From Neoconidiobolus thromboides FSU 785 (Eukaryota; Fungi; Entomophthoromycota): a DNA stretch of 35,072 bases. The DNA is taken from contig MU626459.1 of the NCBI GenBank assembly GCA_025603075.1, forward strand, positions 1 through 35,072, given 5' to 3'. Below the pieces are notes generated by a model, which saw only the letters and a list, made by a program, of their open reading frames with translations, was not told the DNA's origin and did not search any database. The translations under genes and the position numbers were made by a program. Below are positions 23,258-33,209 of this stretch, piece by piece. The first letter of the stretch is position 1. The number at the start of each line of letters is the position of its first letter.

Positions 23258-23760
23258 GTTTATTAATTGTAATTTTATTAAAATAAAGTCAAACTACTAA
23301 TTGTTATATTGATTATTTTATTAAAGTTTATCCGAATATTATAATATATTATTAATAATCCTTAATAAAATGCTATTATTTAAGTACTTTCATACTTTTT
23401 TATTAGACAGATAATAACCTTTTTAAGCTACCTGACTAAAGCCAAACAAAAACATAGAAAAAAATAAAAATCTTAAAGAAATAATCGGATGGCAAGCCAG
23501 AAAAAAAGTAGGCAGAGTTGGCCTGTTTTTGATTTTTCCAAGGTCACCCTATCAAATTTATATTTAAATACAAATAATAATTTGAAGTATTAAATAAATT
23601 CAAATTATAATAAAAATATTCTTTAACACATACAGCATCAACTGCAGATTTTCTTACTAAAATAGTTTTTGAAATTTTGACATTTATATAACTTTACATA
23701 AAACTTATTACATTAATATTTAATTTTCAAAACCTTTTTGGATAAAAACTTTTAATAAAT

Positions 23761-23859
23761 GGGAGTGTTTTTTTTGGCTTCATTACTTTTTCCATCTTTT
23801 AAGCGCTATTTGCGTGGAAAATTTGTTAGTAAAATTCTTAAACACAAAAATACATCCCC
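23761..23859 (+). mobile_element. MITE-A copy
   Basis: GGGAGTGT...ACATCCCC; non-palindromic direct repeat AAAT/AAAT. Confidence 0.85.
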
Positions 23860-23905
23860 AAATAGCAGAATGAAATGTTTAGTTATAATAAATTATTATG
23901 ATTTT

Positions 23906-24983
23906 TTATTTAAGATTTAAATTTGAGTTCAATCTATTTAATGTTTTTTCTAATTCTATTTGTTTTCTAATAGATATTAAGTTTGAATCTAGCTGTTCCT
24001 CTGTCCCAAAAGATCGAACAGTAACGGGTAAACTAGCAGCTTTAGAGTGGGTAGGGATAAACTTGACATTGTTATACATCGATTTATTTTTAATCTCACA
24101 AACCTTTCTACTAGATCTGTATCTGCTTATTACTCTACTAACAACTAATCCTAATATTGTTCCTAAAAATAAAAATAACAAACATAGCAGCATGATTAGT
24201 AGGACATGGTTGTTACTAGCTTCATTGTTATTATAGGTGTCTGTGACCTGTGTATTATCCATCATATGCTTATTGGTTTCACCAGTGCTTGTATAGCCTA
24301 ATTATTACTATCAATTTCATACTTATATAGTAAATTTGAATTACCTGTTGTGTATATGCTGGTAAAGTTACTATACAATGCCAATTAGCTTCAATACCAA
24401 AAATTAGTAAAAATAAAATACCTTCCGCCACCACAATTTTGCTCCATATCACCAGAACATTTAGTTTTACAATTTTCTTCATCAGATTTAAAGGACTATC
24501 AAATAAATATTAATTTTTTTTACAAAAAGATAAGGATGATAATACACTAGGAAGGAGAGTATTCCCACATCGACATTCCGAGCCGTTCATTAAGGCTGAC
24601 CATGTAAAATTTAAGTATTGACATAGTAAAACACAATGGTTTACATTTAATTGATCGGAGATATATGGGCTTGGTAAATTTTTTTTTGTTAAGCCGTTAA
24701 AATACACTGGAGGTATCTTGTCATCTTCAATTTTTTTAGTACTTATTCCACTCTCCTTGTCTCTCTCTAATACTAGATTAGGATACTCATAACAACCTAT
24801 AATTATGATTTAGTAATGCTATCTTTAGTGTCTTTATAGTTGCGATTCAAGCTATTTTGGGTTATGTATATTTTAAATATAAAGATAATAATTACCTTCA
24901 TAAGTGCTATTCGCTATTGTTTTAGTAATGACATGATTTAAAGAGAGTAAAGGTATTAAATAAAAGATATGTGAAAAGAGCAT
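23906..24983 (-). CDS. WSC-domain type I membrane protein, ~276 aa, 5 exons
   Basis: Exons 24983-24896, 24796-24546, 24495-24422, 24370-24345 and 24297-23906 (831 nt, in frame; introns 99, 50, 51 and 47 nt). The protein has signal MLFSHIFYLIPLLSLN, an 8-Cys WSC pattern YEGCY...HCVLLC...MNGSECRCGN...NCKTKCSGD..QNCGG...SIY, one TM helix and a basic cytoplasmic tail. Confidence 0.8.
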
Positions 24984-26275
24984 GGTATTAAAAGGTTAAA
25001 AAAAATTAAGAATTAAAAACAAAGACAAAACAACAAAGATAAAAATACAACTTAAAGTTGTTTACTATTGATGTTTGATGTTTGATTATTATCATTGTTC
25101 TATTATATGATGTTGATTTATAACCGTTGTTTGTTGAGTTTTAACCGAATCTTTATCAACTGCTATTTCAAGTAGCTTGGCATAACTTATTATTAATAAA
25201 ACAAAATGAACAATCTTTAGTCATTGTTTATAGTATCGATATTATTAGTTAAATACATGTAACTACAATATAGAGCTTGACTATATTTTACACTGTTTTT
25301 ATTTCCTTTTTGTATTATTTATATTTAATATTAGACAAGAAAAAATATGCCTTTTAGACTTAAAATTTCGGTTAAAGTCTTTTGCACTTCAAACTGCAGT
25401 GTATAATTTCTTTTTGGGCAGTTTCCATTTTTTACTTTACCTCTTTAAAATTAATTTATATCGTTAATTTTATATTATAATAAAAATTGTTAATAAATTA
25501 TTAATAAATTATTAACTAAAATAGTATTTATTATCATAAGGTTATGCCAAAAGCCTATTTGTAATATTACTACTTGAAAATTTTTTAAAAAAATCGTAAA
25601 CTTTGAAGGAACCAAAAGTTCGCAAGTGTTTTGTTGTTAGAAGAAATCAAATTTAAATGATTAGCTGGTAAATAAAGAGATACTGGGCCTTTTGGGGGAT
25701 CTTATATTCAATAAGATAATTTCTCCTCCTATTGACTTTGAACGTAGTCTAATTCTGCACTTTAAATTCATTTAAAAATTATACTCAGCATGTTCATTTT
25801 TAAAAGGGGTATACTGTAGTACTTTACCTTTATGGGGAATTGTGTACTATTCTCATTTTCTTGTTTCCATTTTAAATAAGGATAAAAAGAAATTTATTAT
25901 TACTACTTATATTAAACATAGTGCATGGTTGATAAGCTTAATACAAAAACAGCTCAAATTAATCAAGCATATAAAACATTATACCATAATGAATCAATGA
26001 TATAATGTTTTATATTGTAATTTAATTTTTATAAAACAAAAGATGAAGAAACCAGCTCTCTATTTAAATTCTATAGGAAATACTAAAAAATCCTGAACTT
26101 TAACTTTTAGTAAAGGGGGGAATTCTTAGCTCTTTTAAAGAACAAAAAAATTGATGACAGCAACTTGAAATCTTAAAAATAAAATTAGAGTAAAAAAGAA
26201 TAAAATAGTATTAAAGGATACCAGATGCAATATAAAAATATAAAAAAATCATTTTCAATTTATTGTCTTCTTAAT

Positions 26276-26839
26276 ATGAAATTAAATTGGGTTCGATTAA
26301 CTTTTACTTCCTTTTTATTCAGCAATGTCGAGCCTTTAATAAATACAAATCAGACCTGTATAAGATGTCCCAAAATAACTCAAGATAGTTGTAAAAAATG
26401 CAAGATTGATGAAACATGCGCTATAACACCCGGAGACTGTAATACATGCCCAATGACCCAATGCATATCAAATCCAACATCTTATCAACAAAAAAACGCT
26501 ACCTTGATTATTATAATAAGTATATTAGGGTTCATATTGATGATTTTAATTGGAATTATCATTCTGTTGTATCGTCGTTTTAAAAAAAAGAAAGATAAAA
26601 CCTATGAAACCAATTTAACTTATATATCGGAAAAAATTGAGCTGGCTCAAAGGGTGAAGCATATGTCTAGGTTACAAAGGGAACCTAAGCTTATCAGTGT
26701 GATCCCATTTATCGAAGACCTTAATTTAAAAGATAGCTATAAGCTATCACTTAGCTCCTATTCATCAGGGGTTATGAATGAGTATGTTTTAAGACTTGGA
26801 GATAGGAGAAAAACACAAGAAGTTAGTATAAAAAAATAA
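26276..26839 (+). CDS. Opy2-domain single-pass membrane protein, ~187 aa
   Basis: Probable start at ATG 26276 (MKLNWVRLTFTSFLFS); an upstream in-frame ATG lies at 26225. 8-Cys motif CIRC-x7-CKKC-x5-C-x6-CNTC-x4-C, TM helix LIIIISILGFILMILIGIIILLY, and stop-transfer RRFKKKK. Confidence 0.72.
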   Translation: MKLNWVRLTFTSFLFSNVEPLINTNQTCIRCPKITQDSCKKCKIDETCAITPGDCNTCPMTQCISNPTSYQQKNATLIIIISILGFILMILIGIIILLYRRFKKKKDKTYETNLTYISEKIELAQRVKHMSRLQREPKLISVIPFIEDLNLKDSYKLSLSSYSSGVMNEYVLRLGDRRKTQEVSIKK

Positions 26840-27225
26840 GTTATTACCAATTGAAACCACATTGTATTTTTTCTATAAAAGTTATGCTAATTAATTTTGA
26901 ACTTGAAGCTTACCACAATAAATAATTTTCTTGGAATAGCTTATTTTTATTTTTATTTCAAACTTTATAATGATTAAGCTCGTTTTAATATTGTTTTTGA
27001 TGCATTTGCAATCAAATTAAAATGCATTCGTGCATACTATATAAAAACTAATACATTGAAACCGATACTATTGTTTTGTTACAAAACATAATAAGTCCCA
27101 CTAACTAATAATGTACAATTTAATAAAAATAATAATAACTTATGACTGATTTTTATTGATCATTTATATTATTTTAAAAAACCTTGATTATTATTCTTAA
27201 AGATAAAATGAAATAAGGGGGAAGG

Positions 27226-27783
27226 CTAGTAAGAGTTGTTACTTTTTATATTATCATAGCCAAGTTTGTCACAAAGTAAATCTCTCCATTTACCTTTACT
27301 TTCATGTTGGCTCGGGACAGCAGTAGCTTGGTATTGGTCAGAGTACGAATTATCTGATTTTTTAGCATACCCATTATCGTGTTTATGATACTCTTTATTT
27401 TCCACCTTGTTATAACTATTATTGGAATCATATGAGTTCATATGATTCTTTTCATAATTATTACTGCTGTTGTAGTCAATTTTGTTGTATTGATCCTTTG
27501 AATGCTTGTTATAATCGTCATAAGCTTCTGAGCCAGTGCTATACTTATTGTTGCTATAATTGTTATGATCATTATGTTTATTATAACGATCATGCATATC
27601 ACTCAACTCATCATAAGACTTCATTTTCTTATAGCTCATATCTTTATTATAGTAATTATTTGGCGTCTTCGCGTAACTTTCTAAGTGGCTATCCCCTCGA
27701 TAGTTGCGCTCTCCAACATCTTCAACATTGTAAGCTAATCCCATGGAGAATACTAAGGACAAAGTAATCAATTTTAGTGACAT
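27226..27783 (-). CDS. Secreted low-complexity N/Y/K/S/D-rich protein, ~185 aa, function unknown
   Basis: Signal peptide MSLKLITLSLVFSMGLA from ATG 27783; hydrophilic repetitive body; open frame to TAG. Confidence 0.7.
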   Translation of the reverse strand: MSLKLITLSLVFSMGLAYNVEDVGERNYRGDSHLESYAKTPNNYYNKDMSYKKMKSYDELSDMHDRYNKHNDHNNYSNNKYSTGSEAYDDYNKHSKDQYNKIDYNSSNNYEKNHMNSYDSNNSYNKVENKEYHKHDNGYAKKSDNSYSDQYQATAVPSQHESKGKWRDLLCDKLGYDNIKSNNSY

Positions 27784-27963
27784 TTCGAGATAGTTTGTGT
27801 AATATAACAAAACATTCGAATAATTGAATTTCTGAAGTTTTTTTTATATTCCTGATTCTTTTCCTCCATTCAATAACACATTATCCTCATTTTATCTCGT
27901 AATTTGGTACACATGTCTTAACTGAAATGAAAGCTTATTTTATCTAAAAATATCATGTAACAG

Positions 27964-28050
27964 TGTTTTTTTGGTTTCATCGCTTTTTCATTTTTTGAGT
28001 ACTATTAAGCAGAAAAAAGTAGTAAAATCCTTAAATGAAAAAAGATCCCC
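27964..28050 (+). mobile_element. MITE-A copy (5' end decayed)
   Basis: Family core ending AAAAAAGATCCCC-ATAT. Confidence 0.7.
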
Positions 28051-28054
28051 ATAT

Positions 28055-28141
28055 CTTTTTTTAAGGATTTACTAACAATCTTTCCCACTCTAAATAACAC
28101 TTAAAAAATGGAAAAGTAATAAAATCAAAAAAGACATCACC
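28055..28141 (-). mobile_element. MITE-A copy, tail-to-tail with the previous copy
   Basis: Reverse core ending GACATCACC-ATAT; its own 3' terminal repeat is missing at the junction. Confidence 0.75.
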
Positions 28142-28739
28142 ATATCCTCATGTCTTAAGCGTTCTTTTGGGCAAAGCAGAGCTACTAAATAAAAGGAGCT
28201 CCTTTTAAAAATTTAGTAATGTAAGCTATTCTCGATCTGGCAAGCTACAATGAGATAAGATAAGATAAAGACTCGAAGTAATAAGAAATAAAGGATATAT
28301 TTTAAAAGACAGTGACAAAAATAGCAATATAGCAATTATTATACTTCCTTTATGTGGTTTTATTTTAATTCTTTTTTTATCTCACACTTTCATGTTATTA
28401 TAAGCTAGTAAAGTTTCAATTATAATCTCCCTTTATAAACCTCCTATACTTTTTATACTGTTTAGTCAATTATGAATATCTGTAAATAAATTAATATTCT
28501 TGTTATCTTAATAAGTGTAAGTTTTCTCCTATAACACCCTATTTTGCATTGAAAAAATTTCAAAAGTATTGTTCGTTCAAGTATTTCAATACACTATTTT
28601 AATTCTTTTAGAATGGTTACAATTCAAAATAAATTTTTATAGACATAAAAGCTTAAAAAATGGTTAAGTTTATTGTAAAAAAACTTTTAATTATTAAATT
28701 AGTACGAGGATAATTGTATAGTATAGTGAGAGTATAGCT

Positions 28740-30809
28740 TTAGTCAGAGCAATTGGCAGCGTCTTCACTAGGACAGGCAAAGCCAGTCGCTACGACAGCT
28801 TGGTCTAATCCCGCAACATTAAAGATAGCATGAACAACCCCACCAATACCTTCTCCAGCTAAAAATCCAGAAGCTAATCCAACAACACCAATTTCGTAAT
28901 TTTCTGGATCATATCTTTTCCATATTTCTCTAATAAGTGCTCCAAGGAATTGAGCAATAGGGATGTAAGGAGTGGGAGTAACAAAAGCCATACCAAATGC
29001 ATTCATATTAGGAATATAAGCTGCATATTTCTTTAAATAGGTACGCTTTAGCACAATAATAATAAATGTAAAAATCCCAAAGGCTAAACAGGCATAACCG
29101 GAAGAGACTGGAATAGAATTTACACCACCAATTAATGCCTCAGCAACTGAGGCCCAGGCAACACCAGCTGGTACTTGAAATTGACATTTATCTATCAAAT
29201 TTTTATCAAGTGCACATGGATAGGCTTTACCAAATACCCAAAACATAACAACAGCAGCAAAAATTCCTACAATGGAACCAACAGTTTGTGCGTAAAATTG
29301 AGATTTAGGTGAAGCGCGTAAAATATGACCAGTTTTAAGATCAGATACCATATCAACTGCTTGAGCAGCAGTACTCATTGATGCAACACCAGAGATCAAG
29401 TTGACTTTAAGTGCAATATTTTCTGTTGGAAAAGAAAGGCCCGAAAACGTAATTTGAGTAATCTTTCCAATAGAACCCATAGGGTTAATATCGATATCTC
29501 CTGCAGATTGACAGCCAATAAAGGCAAGAAGGAATCCCAAAAACAAAGATAAGAAGCATCCACCTACAGTAACTTCAAAAGAGAAATGAAGAACGAGGAT
29601 AGAAAAGACAGATGTACAGGTAAGCCCAATAGCCCATACCCAAGTAGGAATACGGAGATGGGATGGGACAGGATCGATTTCGTTGTAATCGATGTTTTCA
29701 GTTTTACTAACAAAGGGTAGAAATCTAGCAAGTTGATTACGCAAAGAATTAGTCATGCCAGAAAATGCATTAAAAATAGTTTTGTAGTTAAGTAAAAGTT
29801 CAGTGAAGGTTGCAACGATGAGGATAGTGACTCCAGGCCAGATAAACCAATATTGTGCTGTTGGCTTACCATCTTTAGAGAAACCGTAAGCTTTAGATTT
29901 GGTTAAAATGTCAGTATAAGATTGCATAAGCGGACCAACAATACCAAAACTGAATATGGAACCAGCTAAAAATGAAATACCGGTATTAAGTCCTACTAAC
30001 ATACCTGATCCAACAAAGGCACCGGTAGTTTGGAATCTCCACTTCCATTGAGTATCTGCCGTAATGAGTGCAGGGTAATTAGCAGCTGTCCCAATCCAAT
30101 AAAGAATATGGAAATCCCAAATAAATGGAACAAAGTAGGAAAGGATTTTCCATAAAAACATGGCAGCAAATCCTCCAAAAATCCATCTACCTTGTTGGAA
30201 AGCTGATTTTTCAGCGTTGGCGCTTGAATGTAATGTCTTAATAGATTCAGCAGCGGCAGTTGGAGTTGGGAAAATTAACTTTCTTTGAATAATAAAATAA
30301 TTTCTTAATGGAATGCCAAAGAATAAACCGTGGAAAGCAGCTGCAGTAGTCCAAAGTAATAAAATACCCCAGGCATCATCAATAGGTGGTAATAAGCCTC
30401 TGTCGAGTAAATAAATAGCTGGGATACCAGATTGGAAACCAGCAGATAAGGAACCAACTGCTGTTGCAGCTGATTGTAAAGAGCAATTTTCACGTATACC
30501 GAAATAACCTCCACCAAATTTCTCTGGTAAGGCTAAAGAAAGTGGCTTCATAACTACAAAACCTAAAACGGCACCAAGCATAGCAGCTGAGAATGTATTA
30601 CCTGCCTTAAGACCAAGGTACATATTACTTGCAACAACAATAATACCAATTAATGAACCGACAATTACTGAGCGCCAAGTGAAATGGGCTATATCTTCAA
30701 AACCGTAATTATCATCATTTGGATCGATATCTTTTAATCCCGATATTTCATATTTTTCATCGGTGTAATCAACCCCCTCATTACGCTGAATTTCTTTTTC
30801 AGTACTCAT
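28740..30809 (-). CDS. OPT superfamily transporter (YSL-like clade), 689 aa
   Basis: FTWRSVIVGSLIG, SNMYLGLKAG, ENCSLQSAATA, LIFPTPTAAA and DLKTGHILRASPKSQFYAQ; many TM segments; intronless ORF. Confidence 0.92.
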   Translation of the reverse strand: MSTEKEIQRNEGVDYTDEKYEISGLKDIDPNDDNYGFEDIAHFTWRSVIVGSLIGIIVVASNMYLGLKAGNTFSAAMLGAVLGFVVMKPLSLALPEKFGGGYFGIRENCSLQSAATAVGSLSAGFQSGIPAIYLLDRGLLPPIDDAWGILLLWTTAAAFHGLFFGIPLRNYFIIQRKLIFPTPTAAAESIKTLHSSANAEKSAFQQGRWIFGGFAAMFLWKILSYFVPFIWDFHILYWIGTAANYPALITADTQWKWRFQTTGAFVGSGMLVGLNTGISFLAGSIFSFGIVGPLMQSYTDILTKSKAYGFSKDGKPTAQYWFIWPGVTILIVATFTELLLNYKTIFNAFSGMTNSLRNQLARFLPFVSKTENIDYNEIDPVPSHLRIPTWVWAIGLTCTSVFSILVLHFSFEVTVGGCFLSLFLGFLLAFIGCQSAGDIDINPMGSIGKITQITFSGLSFPTENIALKVNLISGVASMSTAAQAVDMVSDLKTGHILRASPKSQFYAQTVGSIVGIFAAVVMFWVFGKAYPCALDKNLIDKCQFQVPAGVAWASVAEALIGGVNSIPVSSGYACLAFGIFTFIIIVLKRTYLKKYAAYIPNMNAFGMAFVTPTPYIPIAQFLGALIREIWKRYDPENYEIGVVGLASGFLAGEGIGGVVHAIFNVAGLDQAVVATGFACPSEDAANCSD

Positions 30810-32055
30810 GTTTCTAATTAATTAGTAGTTGATAGTAGACTTAAAAATTAAAATTAAATAAACGAAAGAATATAAGGATACTATTTTACAGAAAAATAAA
30901 ACTTATAGTTGACTTATTTTCAGGGACCATGGGCCATTTTATATACTTTTTTTTAGACTAATGTTTTGTATTAAAAATACATGATAAATATTAGTTAATA
31001 TCTTTAGAAAAATTATCCCACCACCAATTGAATATTAGCTAATGAAACCAATATCTTAAATATTTTTCGATATTCATTGGATCTTTTATAAATTTTTGTT
31101 TTCTTATGAAATGATCTTTGACAGGTATTGCGACATTTTAAATCCAGATTTTGAATTTTTATGTCCTTGAATTAGTAATAAGTTACCTTTATTTAAAAGT
31201 AATGAAAAGAGATAACTAGAAAATATAAATAGAACCATACATGACTTGTTGATGATAGTGGAAATCAATGTATTATATTACATATATTTATAACAAGGTG
31301 TTCTCATGGATTTATTAAAATTATTAGATTCTAATTGCCTAATTTTTAAATCGGATTTTAACATTGTTAAGTTTAATATGTAATACGAGGGCTATTGAAG
31401 TTATGTATATTATTTAGAGAATATTTAAGTTCGTAGAATATACTATTAAATAACATGTACAAAGTATTTATAGTTAAATATAAAAAAGTATGATAAAGAA
31501 AAAAACAGGTGATTATCAAGAAAAATCTGATCATTTGCATGATGTTGAATAAAAAAGTAATAGTTTTAATTAAACATTTTAATAAGATTTATACAAAATG
31601 AAAGTTAATTTCTATTTTAATAGTATTAGAAATTTTAGCTATAATTGATATAATATAATGATTAAAATAAACAATTATTAGTAATTTGTTGAGATAATGA
31701 CGTCTTTATTTATTAAGAACTTTTCATTATAATATTACCATTCTTTTATCCCTTCGTACGATATTGATAATGATTTCGATAAGATAGTATTGTTTTATTA
31801 TTTATTTATTTTATATGTTATATTTAACGATTTATTTCCTTATCCAAGCTAAATAAAAGCTTGAATTTATTATAACATTATAATATACTTTTTGCTCAAC
31901 TTTTATTTTTATAAAGTAATAAAATAAAAAACCTGTTATTCCATGAGCAATTTTCTTTGAGTATTGAAGTCTTCATAATTTAAATAGACATTTAGCTAAT
32001 AGCATATTTTTGAACTTTGGGCTTTTTAAAAATAAGAACATCTTTTAAACAATAT

Positions 32056-32151
32056 GAGGATGTATTTTTTGTTCAAGAATTTTACCAACATCTTTCCACT
32101 TAAATAGCGCTTAAAAAATGGAAAAATAATGAAACCAAAAAAAACATCCCC
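32056..32151 (-). mobile_element. MITE-A copy (96 bp)
   Basis: GAGGATGT...ACATCCCC; ATAT/ATAT flanks. Confidence 0.9.
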
Positions 32152-32239
32152 ATATGCATCAAAAACTTTATTACTTATCGTTATTTGATTGCTTTCTATT
32201 TTTTGTGAGCGTTTTTATTTTTAATTTGATTAGAAGAAT

Positions 32240-32335
32240 GTGGATGATTTTTTTGGCTTCATTACTTTTTTCATCATTTAAATGCTATTTGAGTAGAAAA
32301 ATTAGTAAAATCCTTAAACACAAAAATGCATCCCC
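32240..32335 (+). mobile_element. MITE-A copy
   Basis: GTGGATGA...GCATCCCC; flanks GAAT/AAAT. Confidence 0.8.
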
Positions 32336-32645
32336 AAATGTTTTTCCGTATCTAATTACTAATAACTATTTTTTGCTCTTTATTTCCTAGTTTTTATTAT
32401 AGTTACCGATTTTTGAGTTGTTTGTTTATTATGTAAAATTACTTTGTTAATACTGTACTTTTATATGCTTCAAGGCTTCCTCTTTTAATCATATTAATTT
32501 ATCTAAAATAGAGCGTAATACTATTTTATTTGATTTAGAATATTTGAAAATAGAGTATTTTAATTTAATAGTTTTTTTTGTTTTATTTTTTATAATTTGT
32601 TTCCGAAATAAATATTTAGGAATAATAGTTTTTAACATTTTAAAT

Positions 32646-32744
32646 GGGGGTGTTTTTATTGACTTTATTACTTTTTCCATCTTTTAAGTGCTATTTGAGT
32701 GGAAAAATTGTTAGTAAAATTCTTAAATTCAAAAATATATCCCC
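32646..32744 (+). mobile_element. MITE-A copy
   Basis: GGGGGTGT...ATATCCCC; direct repeat AAAT/AAAT. Confidence 0.85.
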
Positions 32745-33209
32745 AAATGTTGATTATAACTAAACGAATAATAAAATAACCTTTTCAAAATTTTTAAACG
32801 CAATTATATTATAAATACAAGACTTAGTGTTCAGTAATATAAGAGTAAAAAGATATTGCTAAAAAAACAACTCGGATTTTAAAGAACTTGCCATTGTTAT
32901 AGTATATTATATTGGTATTTTTATGCTCTATTGAATATGTCGATTTAGATAAAAACAAGGTTATAACATCAGTAAAAAGGGTAAACATTATTTACAAATA
33001 TTTTTTATAATAAAATAGATGTCTGTATAAATAGTAAAAAAATTCTAGAATTATTATAAACAATCTCTAAAAAATAAACGCTTAATATAAGAACAATACA
33101 ATGATTATCATAATAAACATTTATTTTACTTTACACAAATTAAAAAATGAAAATACAATAACTAAACTATAAAATGAGTATGGATGATTTATATAAGTAT
33201 AAACTATTT

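Noticed and set aside
16484-30517. ORFs at 16484-16693, 18786-19001, 21748-22140, 23898-24236, 27246-27431, 27432-27767, 29996-30178 and 30305-30517
   Set aside because: They are antisense or alternate-frame shadows of well-supported genes; the Tyr-rich 18786-19001 ORF is just the complement of the NNNPY repeat.
30900-32000. Several GATAA motifs upstream of the OPT gene as nitrogen-regulation sites
   Set aside because: They are expected frequently by chance at this AT content and show no distinctive clustering.
70-32744. MITE-A copies as a CRISPR-like array, a tRNA-derived SINE or a Helitron
   Set aside because: The copies are dispersed in both orientations without regular spacers. I see no Pol III A/B boxes or A-rich tail and no TC...CTRR ends, whereas terminal inverted repeats with 4-bp duplications are present.
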